A stretch of 64,000 bases of DNA from Nostoc sp. (lineage in GTDB: Bacteria; Cyanobacteriota; Cyanobacteriia; Cyanobacteriales; Nostocaceae). The DNA is taken from contig NZ_JBALDJ010000114.1 of NCBI RefSeq assembly GCF_036917415.1, positions 227,209-291,208 on the forward strand, given 5' to 3'. Below the pieces are notes generated by a model that saw only the letters and a list, made by a program, of their open reading frames with translations, was not told the DNA's origin and ran no database searches. Shown here in pieces: positions 56,175 to 64,000 of the stretch (positions are counted from its first letter, which is position 1; each line of letters begins with the position of its first letter). The translations under genes were made by a program, and so were the position numbers.

Positions 56175-56966
56175 ATGCAGAGTAATCGCAAACAAACGGC
56201 TCTTATTACTGGTGCATCTGGCGGCATCGGTTATGAATTCGTGAAATTATTTGCTCAGGATGGTTACAATCTTGTATTGGTAGCTAGAAGTGTGGAAAAA
56301 TTAAATAAAATTGCCGATGAATTTAAAAATAAATTTGGCATTGATGTCAAAATTATTTCCAAAGATTTATCTAACCCATCAGCCCCAGAAGAAATTTTCA
56401 GGGAGCTAGAACAAGCATCGATCAATGTTGATGTGTTGGTGAACAATGCTGGGTTTGCTACCTACGGATTATTTAATGAAATTGACCTGAATGCTGAAAT
56501 GCAATTGCTACAAGTCAATATCTTATGTCTGACACATTTAACCAAGTTATTTCTTAAAGGTATGGTTAAGCGGGGGTCTGGAAAAATATTAAACTTGGCC
56601 TCCACTGCTGCTTTTCAACCAGGGCCACTGATGGCAGTATACTACGCTAGTAAAGCCTATGTTTTATCGTTCTCAGAAGCGATCGCTAATGAATTAGAAG
56701 GCACAGGCGTTTCTGTAACAGCACTTTGTCCAGGGCCTACAGAATCTGGTTTTCAACAAAGAGCTGCAATGGAAGACTCAAAGTTGGTAAGCGGTCAAAA
56801 AATTATGACTGCGGAAACAGTAGCCCAAATCGGCTATCGTGGTCTATTTGAAAACAAAACTGTTGTTGTTCCTGGAATTAAAAATAAGCTCCTTGCTGAA
56901 TCTGTAAGATTTACTCCTAGAAAGCTAGTGACTAAACTAGTCAGAAATATGCAGGAAAGCAAGTAA
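56175..56966 (+). CDS. Short-chain dehydrogenase/reductase (DltE/YqjQ-like)
   Basis: TGASGGIG, NNAG, YYASK, ALCPGPT. Confidence 0.92.
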   Translation: MQSNRKQTALITGASGGIGYEFVKLFAQDGYNLVLVARSVEKLNKIADEFKNKFGIDVKIISKDLSNPSAPEEIFRELEQASINVDVLVNNAGFATYGLFNEIDLNAEMQLLQVNILCLTHLTKLFLKGMVKRGSGKILNLASTAAFQPGPLMAVYYASKAYVLSFSEAIANELEGTGVSVTALCPGPTESGFQQRAAMEDSKLVSGQKIMTAETVAQIGYRGLFENKTVVVPGIKNKLLAESVRFTPRKLVTKLVRNMQESK

Positions 56967-56995
56967 TAAGTAGGTCGCCGTAAATAATTATCATA

Positions 56996-57056
56996 AGGCA
57001 GGGGGCAGGGGGCAGGGAGCTGGGGGCAGGGGGCAGGGAGCAGGGAGCAGGGGAGA
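56996..57056. repeat. STRR tract (GGCAGGG/GAGCAGG)n
   Basis: Tandem G-rich heptamers. An opposite-strand tract lies at 57148..57181. Confidence 0.85.
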
Positions 57057-57186
57057 AGGTACAAACCTAGTAAAATTATCGGCGAAAGCAAGGGTGCTTT
57101 TTTTCTCACTAGGGTTGAGAGCAAGAATCTTTATAGGTGGTTTTTCTCCCCTTGCTTCCCTGCCCCCCTGCTCCCCTGCTTTTTCA

Positions 57187-57918
57187 CTAATCCCCCTGTG
57201 GATGCTCATCCCACAAGGTTGTCAGTTCCCGTAAACTTTGATGATTGCCATTGCCCAAAATCAGATGATCTAGTACTGGAATGGCCAAAAGCTGTGCCCC
57301 TGCTAATAACTGACGCGTTAATTCTATATCTTCCTGGCTCGGTTCAAGGTTCCCAGAAGGATGGTTGTGGGCAACTATTACCCGCGTTGCTCCTTGACGA
57401 ATAACTTCTCGAAAAATGTCACGGGGAGAGGCTAGGGTTTCGGTTGCAGTACCAATGGTAATTACTTGTGTACCCAATAAGCGATTCTTGACATCTAATA
57501 GCACCACTGCAAAACGTTCTTGTGTCTGCCACATCAAATCTTGACTGAGGGTAGCAGCAGCAGCAAGTGGGCTATCAATTAATGTGCCATCATTGGGACG
57601 AGATTGAAAAGCGCGTTTACCCAATTCGATGGCTGCTAAGATGCTTGTCGCCTTCGCCGGGCCAACACCAGAAATTTGCATCAACTCAGCAGGGCTAACT
57701 TCTCGCAGAACTACCAAAGGATCGCGTTGGTGTTTGGCTAATTCGCTCAAGATATATTGTCCCAAACCCACAGCAGATAGTTTTCCCGGCCCTTGACCAG
57801 TGCCTAGAAGAATTGCGATTAACTCTGCTGTGGCTAAAATTTTTGCACCATGCGTCATTAATCGCTCACGCGGACGCTCATTTGTAGGTAGGTCGGCAAT
57901 TCTGAGGCAATAGGTCAT
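57187..57918 (-). CDS. radC: RadC family JAB-domain protein
   Basis: [43 protein letters not shown]. Confidence 0.95.
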   Translation of the reverse strand: MTYCLRIADLPTNERPRERLMTHGAKILATAELIAILLGTGQGPGKLSAVGLGQYILSELAKHQRDPLVVLREVSPAELMQISGVGPAKATSILAAIELGKRAFQSRPNDGTLIDSPLAAAATLSQDLMWQTQERFAVVLLDVKNRLLGTQVITIGTATETLASPRDIFREVIRQGATRVIVAHNHPSGNLEPSQEDIELTRQLLAGAQLLAIPVLDHLILGNGNHQSLRELTTLWDEHPQGD

Positions 57919-58103
57919 ATTAAACTAAGAAAATAGCACCACACATAGAACTATCCTTAGTTATCCCTCGTTTGCTCTCAAAATCATCTTTATTTGAGAA
58001 AATATTTAATTTTAGTAAATTTATCTATTTATGTATATTTTTCAAACCTAATGTCTCTAAAATTACTAGTTAGGCTGACGAACGGATAGCAAAAGGTCAA
58101 CCG

Positions 58104-58835
58104 ATGCCAGGTGTAAGAGAGGTTACAATGACTGCTGATGATAGAGCTTATGAGTTAGACATCCTGAAAAAAGTAATCAACACTTATTTAGATCAGACTG
58201 TACCAGTTACAGAAGAGGGTTTAGATTCTCTAGTGTCCAAACACGATGAGACTGTTTGGAAGATAGCTACAAAAATTTATAGCGAGAGCGGACACAAGGT
58301 TGAATTTTCTCTAGTGCGTGATATTGTTAACTCCCATATCGAAGTCTTGAAAATGCACGTAGCGACTGAGAAGGCAGCAGCCTACAAGCGCTTACAGTGC
58401 CAAAAAGTTGAAGAAGCTCGACGAGTGGCACAAGGAGCTCAACAAGCGGCAGAGGCAGAGAATCGCAGGCAAAATCGATTGATTGAGTTAGCTAAAAAGT
58501 TTGATGAGTCCGGTAGAGACAAGAGTATGTCCGATCTTTTTGTTAAAGTTCTAGATATAGTCAGTGAACAGTTGAGCGTTGAGTTGGATAAAGTAAGTTT
58601 GAATAGTCACATTTGTAAGGATTTAGGGGCAGATGAGCTTGATACTCTTGAGCTTGCAATGGCAGTTGAAGAGGCGTTTGATTTTAATATTGAAATACCT
58701 GAGGACATATTAGGGTCAGTTAAAAAATGGCCTCCGTCATTTAGCAATGATTATTTCGGTGATTCAGTTCCTGTAGCTTGCACTGTTGGAGAACTCTTGG
58801 ACTACATTCACAAGCAAATCCTACCTGAAGATTAG
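58104..58835 (+). CDS. Hypothetical protein with a C-terminal ACP-like domain lacking the phosphopantetheine serine
   Basis: VKVLDIVSEQL...DLGADELDTLELAMAVEEAF.IEIP, preceded by a helical/coiled-coil region. Alternative start at 58128. Confidence 0.75.
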   Translation: MPGVREVTMTADDRAYELDILKKVINTYLDQTVPVTEEGLDSLVSKHDETVWKIATKIYSESGHKVEFSLVRDIVNSHIEVLKMHVATEKAAAYKRLQCQKVEEARRVAQGAQQAAEAENRRQNRLIELAKKFDESGRDKSMSDLFVKVLDIVSEQLSVELDKVSLNSHICKDLGADELDTLELAMAVEEAFDFNIEIPEDILGSVKKWPPSFSNDYFGDSVPVACTVGELLDYIHKQILPED

Positions 58836-58937
58836 CCGTTAGCATAGTGCGTAGTTTACCGCCGTAGGCATCGCATAATTCAACAGCCCAACACTAAACG
58901 CGATCGCAAACCCTTTTAACTCTTTAATTTTCCCTAA

Positions 58938-59876
58938 TTACTGATGAATTTGCGTTGCTTTCAGCATGTGGTAGGTAATGATTAACTGAGTCAGAGCTAG
59001 AGGATAACTTTGGAGTGCTTCTCCAGTTGTACCAGCAATTTTTCCCAATTCTGGATTACTTTCGCGATCGCAAATATTTCGTAAATGGGGCATATCAGAA
59101 CAAATAATATGCTCTAGCTTATTTACCTGTTCTAAAGTGGCATGACCATCAACTTCTAAGACATCCACAGGTTTACTCATATCCCTGTCTAGCCCCAGGC
59201 GGATCGCAGAGTCAGAATCACCATAGCCAGAGTTGATAATCTGGGTAAAATCTGGATGGGGAATTGTCGGGCGAAGTACCAGACGAACATTCAGGTGTCC
59301 ATTGGTTTCATCATCTTCCCCAGTGGGTGGATAAAAACTAATAACTATATCAGACCATTGCCGCTGCGGACGGATAAACTCTGCTGAATCTGGTTCGCGC
59401 TTTTCTAATTCCGCTATTACCTGTTCAGCAGTGTAGCCGCGCTTTTGCGTATCCCGCTTGACTTTCCACTTAGTGCGTAGTTCTTCAGGGGGTGCAAGGT
59501 AAACTTTCACGTCGTAGGAATCACGAGCAGCACGGGTAGAATAACCGAGTAATCCTTCAATAATCACGAATTTATTCGGCTTGATATAGTGCGGTGGCTC
59601 GAATTTGCCGGTTTTATGGCTGTAAACTGGCTTAAGAATTGGTTGTCCTGTGCGTAGCAGCGACAGATGTTGCTGCATAATATCTAAGTGATTGCAGTCG
59701 GGGTGAAGGGCAGTGATACCAATTTCTGCACGTTGTTGGCGATCGTAACGGTGATAATCATCTGTACAAATGAGCGTGACATTTTCTGGGCCGAGTACCT
59801 GAGCAATTCCTCGCGTTAGTGTTGTTTTACCAGCCGCGCTGTCGCCGACAATACCAAGAATTATTGGACGGCTCAT
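58938..59876 (-). CDS. Phosphoribulokinase/uridine-kinase family protein (PRK paralog)
   Basis: GIVGDSAAGKTT, ICTDDYH, KPVYSH, IIEGLL, RDTQKRG. Confidence 0.88.
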   Translation of the reverse strand: MSRPIILGIVGDSAAGKTTLTRGIAQVLGPENVTLICTDDYHRYDRQQRAEIGITALHPDCNHLDIMQQHLSLLRTGQPILKPVYSHKTGKFEPPHYIKPNKFVIIEGLLGYSTRAARDSYDVKVYLAPPEELRTKWKVKRDTQKRGYTAEQVIAELEKREPDSAEFIRPQRQWSDIVISFYPPTGEDDETNGHLNVRLVLRPTIPHPDFTQIINSGYGDSDSAIRLGLDRDMSKPVDVLEVDGHATLEQVNKLEHIICSDMPHLRNICDRESNPELGKIAGTTGEALQSYPLALTQLIITYHMLKATQIHQ

Positions 59877-60046
59877 CATAACCTCCCACAATAAAAATAA
59901 CTTTAGTAATAAAATTACCTACAATAGTTTTTATTTTAGAAGGGTTTAAGCAAGTAACTCAAACAAACACTTAGTATGCAATATCTCTACACATAGAGGA
60001 TGTTTTAAAAGTGGTTTGCTGCAATTTTAAGCACTTGTTGATCCCC

Positions 60047-60116
60047 CCTAACCCCCCTTATAAAGGGGGGAACCGGAATCAAAGTCCCCCTTTTTAAGGG
60101 GGATTTAGGGGGATCT
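60047..60116. repeat. Double-hairpin dispersed repeat
   Basis: gatcccccctaacccccctta..aagggggg...tccccctttttaagggggatttagggggatc. Confidence 0.75.
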
Positions 60117-60213
60117 AAAATGTTTTGCTACCGACCAGGCCCATTGTAGACATCGCTTTTTGCATCATAATTACAATCTACATGATTGTTAGAGTTATCT
60201 GTATACATAAAAA

Positions 60214-60648
60214 CTAGACATTTTTTGTTGAACCTACTCTCAGCCGTAGATATTCAATTTTGATACAAGCATCCATAACCATATTGAGTCCTGCATCTAT
60301 AGCTTTTTGTGCTGATGGTTGATGCCAGATACCCAGTTGTGTCCATACAGTTTTAGCAGTGATGGAAATTGCTTCATCTAAGATTTTTGGCAAGTACTCA
60401 GAACGACGAAACACGTTAACAATATCCACGAGTTTGGGTAATTCCTGGAGTGCGGCATAACTGGGTTGACCGTCAATTTCTTTAATTAGAGGGTTGACGG
60501 CATAGACTGTATAGCCTTTTTGCCGCAAGAATTGGGCGATTTGATAACTGGTGCGTTCGCGTTTATCAGAGTGACCCACAACAGCGATGGTTTTGGCTTG
60601 GATTAACACCTCACGCAGAACGTTATCATCTTCTTTAAGATTTGGCAT
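60214..60648 (-). CDS. CoA-binding protein (YccU-like)
   Basis: TIAVVGHSDK, YAVNP, VDIVNVFRRS, VWTQLG, DACIKIE. Confidence 0.9.
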   Translation of the reverse strand: MPNLKEDDNVLREVLIQAKTIAVVGHSDKRERTSYQIAQFLRQKGYTVYAVNPLIKEIDGQPSYAALQELPKLVDIVNVFRRSEYLPKILDEAISITAKTVWTQLGIWHQPSAQKAIDAGLNMVMDACIKIEYLRLRVGSTKNV

Positions 60649-60789
60649 GATTTAAAATATCCTGAGCGATCGCTTTGTTTATCATACTGAGTTGCATTTA
60701 AATATAATTTTGACTTTTAAAAAATCATTCACGAGTATCAAAGACTCATTCATGAGTATCAAAGACTCGTCCCCTATTCTCCATGCCCA

Positions 60790-61458
60790 ATGCCCATGAC
60801 AACTAAAACATTAGGACTCGAACAAAACCTCCACGACTATTTACTGTCAGTCTCTCTTCGAGAACCGGAAATTTTAACCCAACTAAGACAGGAAACAGCC
60901 CAGTATCCGATAGGGAGAATGCAGATTGCTCCCGAACAAGGGCAATTTTTGGCGTTACTGGTGCAATTGTTGGGAGCTAAGAAAACTTTGGAAATTGGGG
61001 TATTTACAGGTTATAGTTCCCTGGTGGTGGCATTGGCATTACCGAGGGACGGTAAGGTGGTAGCCTGTGATATTAGTGAAGAATTTACAACGATCGCTAG
61101 ACGGTATTGGCAACAAGCAGGAGTGGCGGATAAAATTCAACTGCATATTGCCCCAGCTTTGCAGACTTTGGATTGGCTACTGGCAACAAAAGAAGCAGAA
61201 ACTTTTGATTTCGCCTTCATCGATGCAGATAAGAGCAACTATGATGGCTATTATGAGCGATCGCTGCAATTAGTGCGTCCGGGGGGATTGATTGCGATCG
61301 ATAATGTTTTGTGGTCAGGCAGGGTTGCCGACCCCCAAGTGCAAGATAATAGAACTAAAAGAATTCGTGCCTTTAATCAAAAACTGCATCAAGACCAGCG
61401 AGTTAGTCTTAGTTTAGTCGCGATCGCAGATGGCTTAACTTTGGCACTGAAAAAGTAA
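60790..61458 (+). CDS. Caffeoyl-CoA-type O-methyltransferase
   Basis: MQIAPEQGQ, LEIGVFTGYS, FDFAFIDADK, GGLIAIDNVLW. Confidence 0.92.
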   Translation: MPMTTKTLGLEQNLHDYLLSVSLREPEILTQLRQETAQYPIGRMQIAPEQGQFLALLVQLLGAKKTLEIGVFTGYSSLVVALALPRDGKVVACDISEEFTTIARRYWQQAGVADKIQLHIAPALQTLDWLLATKEAETFDFAFIDADKSNYDGYYERSLQLVRPGGLIAIDNVLWSGRVADPQVQDNRTKRIRAFNQKLHQDQRVSLSLVAIADGLTLALKK

Positions 61459-61510
61459 TGTCTTTTAACATCTGGCAATTACAGCTATTTTCAGGTAAAT
61501 AGACCACGCG

Positions 61511-61742
61511 GTAGGGGCACAGCATTGCTCATTGGTGTCAACTTCAGCCGAAAACTATATTAGACAGGCGTTTTGTAAATCCCTCACGCCCTCATCCCCT
61601 AACCCCTTCTCCCAAGGGAGAAGGGGAATTGAATGTCTAGCTCCCCTCTCTCTTGGGAGAGGGGCTGGGGGTGAGGGCAAAATGTTTTCACCAAGCGGGT
61701 TTAGCGTTAAGTTGACACGTATGAACAATGCTGTGCCCTTAC
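61511..61742. mobile_element. Nested small repeats: SDR palindrome > GTGTCAACTT-TIR MITE > double hairpin
   Basis: gtaggggcacagca...gtgtcaactt...[ccctc..gaggg hairpins]...aagttgacac...tgctgtgcccttac. Confidence 0.65.
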
Positions 61743-61892
61743 GACAGATGTGGTTCAAATACATGAATTCTGCTGTATGTTACAGCAGAATTCAAAATAC
61801 AGAATTTATGAGTAAAACACACTTTATATCTGAGTAACAGACGAATCGTTGTGTACCTTGCCAACTTGAAATCTGCTGTATTTGTCGTTTTG

Positions 61893-61983
61893 AGGACTTA
61901 CGCAATAACTCTCTGAAACTCTTATTCCTTTGTGTGCTTTGCGTCCTTTGCGGTTCGTTTTTTCATTATTTTGCGTAAGTCCT
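61893..61983. mobile_element. 91-bp MITE, copy 3 (diverged interior)
   Basis: AGGACTTACGCA...TGCGTAAGTCCT with the same length as copies 1 and 2. Confidence 0.82.
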
Positions 61984-62021
61984 GGTTTTAACTAATTATT
62001 GTACTTTAGCCAAAATAGCTC

Positions 62022-63302
62022 TTATTGCTCTAACATTTGGAAGAATCGGGTAAAGTAATCTGGAAAAGTCTTCGCTGTACAACCAGGATCTTTAATTACA
62101 ATCCCTGGAACCTTCAAGCCAGTGACAGCAAAAGCCATCGCCATTCGATGATCGTGATAGGTTTCAATTGCTGCCGGGGTAATGGGCCCAGGCTCAATTT
62201 TTAGTCTATCTGCAAATTCTTCAACCTCAACACCTAACCGTCGCAACTCTGTGACAACAGCTTTAATTCGGTCGGTTTCCTTATATCGAATATGTTCCAC
62301 GTTACGAATGGTAATTGGGGAACTGGCAAAGGGGGCGATCGCTCCTAATGTTTGCACTAAATCCGATATATCATTCATATCAATATCGATGCCTTGCAAT
62401 TGCTTCGGCCCGGTCACTTCAGTGTAATCATCCGAATCCTTAATTTGACAACCCATCTGTTCTAAAACATTCAGCCACAGAATATCACCCTGACAAGATT
62501 GTTTCGTCAAATGTTTTACCCGCACCCGTCCACCCGTGACGGCGGCGGCAGCAAAAAAGTAAGAAGCATTTGACGCATCGGGTTCTACTGTGTAATGTCG
62601 AGCTTGGTAACGTTGACCTGCTTTAATCTGAAATTGATTATCGCTGATTTGAATCACCTCCACGCCAAAGTCTGCCATCAGACGACAGGTCATTTTGACG
62701 TAAGACTGAGAAACCAGTGTACCCTCAACCTCAATAATTGTGTCTTGTTGAGCATAAGGCGCAATCATCAACAACGCCGAAAGTTGCTGACTTGTTTGAT
62801 TAGCTTTCAACTGAAAGTTTCCGCCAGCGAATCCCTGACTATAAACGGTGTAGGGCATAAACCCAGAGTTTCCCTCAAAGTTAACGGTTGCTCCACCCGT
62901 TTGCAGCACCGTCAACAAGTCGCCCATCGGTCGTTCTCGCATCCGGGGAACGCCATCTAGGCGATATTCGCCATTCCCCAGTGCCACCAACGCCGAAATA
63001 AACCGTGCTGCTGTACCTGCCAAACCCACAAATAAATCTGCCTGTTTAGCTGAAATTTCCCCTCCCCTTCCCGCCACTTGAATTTGTGCCAGTTGAGGAT
63101 TCAAAGTAATGGGAATGCCCAACTGCTCTACGCATTTGGCAAAATACTCGCTGTCTTCGCTAAATAAGGCATTTTCTAAAATTGAGTCACCTTGCGCTAA
63201 CGCCGCGACAAGCAACGCTCGATTGGTAAGACTTTTAGAACCAGGAATTTCTACCGTGGCATCTACTGGCCGATTTAGAGCAGGAATTGCAATGGTATCC
63301 AC
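62022..63302 (-). CDS. aroA: 3-phosphoshikimate 1-carboxyvinyltransferase (EPSP synthase)
   Basis: PGSKSLTNRALL, AGTAARF, RMRERP, SQQLSALL, EPDASNA, IRYKETDR, DHRMAMAF. Confidence 0.96.
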   Translation of the reverse strand: MDTIAIPALNRPVDATVEIPGSKSLTNRALLVAALAQGDSILENALFSEDSEYFAKCVEQLGIPITLNPQLAQIQVAGRGGEISAKQADLFVGLAGTAARFISALVALGNGEYRLDGVPRMRERPMGDLLTVLQTGGATVNFEGNSGFMPYTVYSQGFAGGNFQLKANQTSQQLSALLMIAPYAQQDTIIEVEGTLVSQSYVKMTCRLMADFGVEVIQISDNQFQIKAGQRYQARHYTVEPDASNASYFFAAAAVTGGRVRVKHLTKQSCQGDILWLNVLEQMGCQIKDSDDYTEVTGPKQLQGIDIDMNDISDLVQTLGAIAPFASSPITIRNVEHIRYKETDRIKAVVTELRRLGVEVEEFADRLKIEPGPITPAAIETYHDHRMAMAFAVTGLKVPGIVIKDPGCTAKTFPDYFTRFFQMLEQ

Positions 63303-63566
63303 TTTAAACCTCTACGTAGGCGGTTAGCTACAACTTTATTTAATATATTCCCATATCTTGAGCAAAAGGGGCAGGGGAGTAGGGAGCGTGAGTTACAAGT
63401 AAAGAGTGAGGAATGATATTTCAACAAATTCTGCGGAATTCCCCGTCCCTCTATAGGACGGGGATGGATAGCAGGGTGACTGAGGAGTCACCAAATATTT
63501 TGATTTACTGCTTTACTGCTAATGTTAGATTGTAGTAAAATATAGAAACCAAGGGGGTGATATTGA

Positions 63567-64000
63567 GTGTTAAATAAAGCTGTTCAAGTTCGTTTATACC
63601 CATCAAAAGAGCAAGAAATATTATTAACGCGAACATTTGGGTGTTCTCGCTGGTGGTGGAATTATGCTCTAAACAAATCTATTGAAACTTATAAAGAAAC
63701 GGGTAAGGGACTAGGGCAAGTAGCACTCAATGCACTGTTACCAAAACTCAAAAAAGCAGAAGATACTGCATGGTTAGCTGATTGCTATAGTCAAGTTTTG
63801 CAAGCTACTACACTCAATTTGACCACAGCATATAAAAACTTTTTTGATAAATGTGCTGGTTTTCCCAAATTCAAATCTAAGCACGGAAAACAGTCTGTTC
63901 AGTATCCTCAAAATGTCAAAATTGTAGATGGTAATGTGAAGCTCCCCGGTAATATTGGGAGCGTCAAAGCCAAAATACACAGACATATTGAGGGGAAAAT
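63567..64000 (+). mobile_element. tnpB: IS200/IS605-family TnpB, 5' part (runs off the window; absent from the ORF track)
   Basis: GTG start; MLNKAVQVRLYPSKEQ..L..TFGCSRWWWNYAL...WL..YSQVLQ...L..AYKNFF...GFPKFKSK. Subterminal hairpin ccccgtcc-ctcta-taggacggga at about 63439..63463. Confidence 0.9.

Noticed and set aside
57187-57918. radC as a marker of an integrative element or anti-restriction module
   Set aside because: It is the full-length form with the N-terminal HhH region, typical of the chromosomal cyanobacterial gene. No integrase or att site is nearby.
61532-61837. 101-aa ORF and its antisense partner 61555..61764
   Set aside because: They lie almost entirely in nested palindromic repeats and show no protein motif.
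63774-63986. 70-aa minus-strand ORF
   Set aside because: It is antisense to tnpB, which the ORF track omitted because it lacks a stop inside the window.

Overview
A gene-dense chromosomal window from a heterocyst-forming cyanobacterium, most likely Nostoc. This assignment is inferred from frequent HIP1 octamers (GCGATCGC), STRR heptamer repeats and Nostocales-like proteins. The left half holds an S-layer (SLH) gene trio, hik2, pex, serS, rseP-nth-rpsN, aat, a solute-binding protein/hybrid kinase/diguanylate cyclase operon, LysR/CadD-like genes, a pirin and an alkaline/neutral invertase. The accessory block at about 35-57 kb is the most interesting part and has two halves. (i) A geosmin locus: geoA, two cNMP-domain Family 2B encapsulin shell genes, and a CrtE-like prenyl synthase whose chain-length residue predicts FPP. 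(ii) A divergent ten-gene cluster: lipoxygenase, three RoxA/FadCCP-like di-heme c proteins, an OYE-type flavin reductase, a lipase-like hydrolase, an SDR, an ABM-fold protein, a saccharopine-dehydrogenase-like reductase and a small membrane protein. I read this cluster as a candidate oxylipin pathway that I do not recognise as described. Other oddities are a SerRS with a C-terminal membrane tail, an ACP-like domain lacking its catalytic serine, and many MITE/SDR insertions, some inside genes. The right end holds radC, a PRK paralog, an O-methyltransferase, aroA and a tnpB cut by the window edge. No tRNA, rRNA or CRISPR array was seen. All family assignments come from motif recognition by eye, not database searches.
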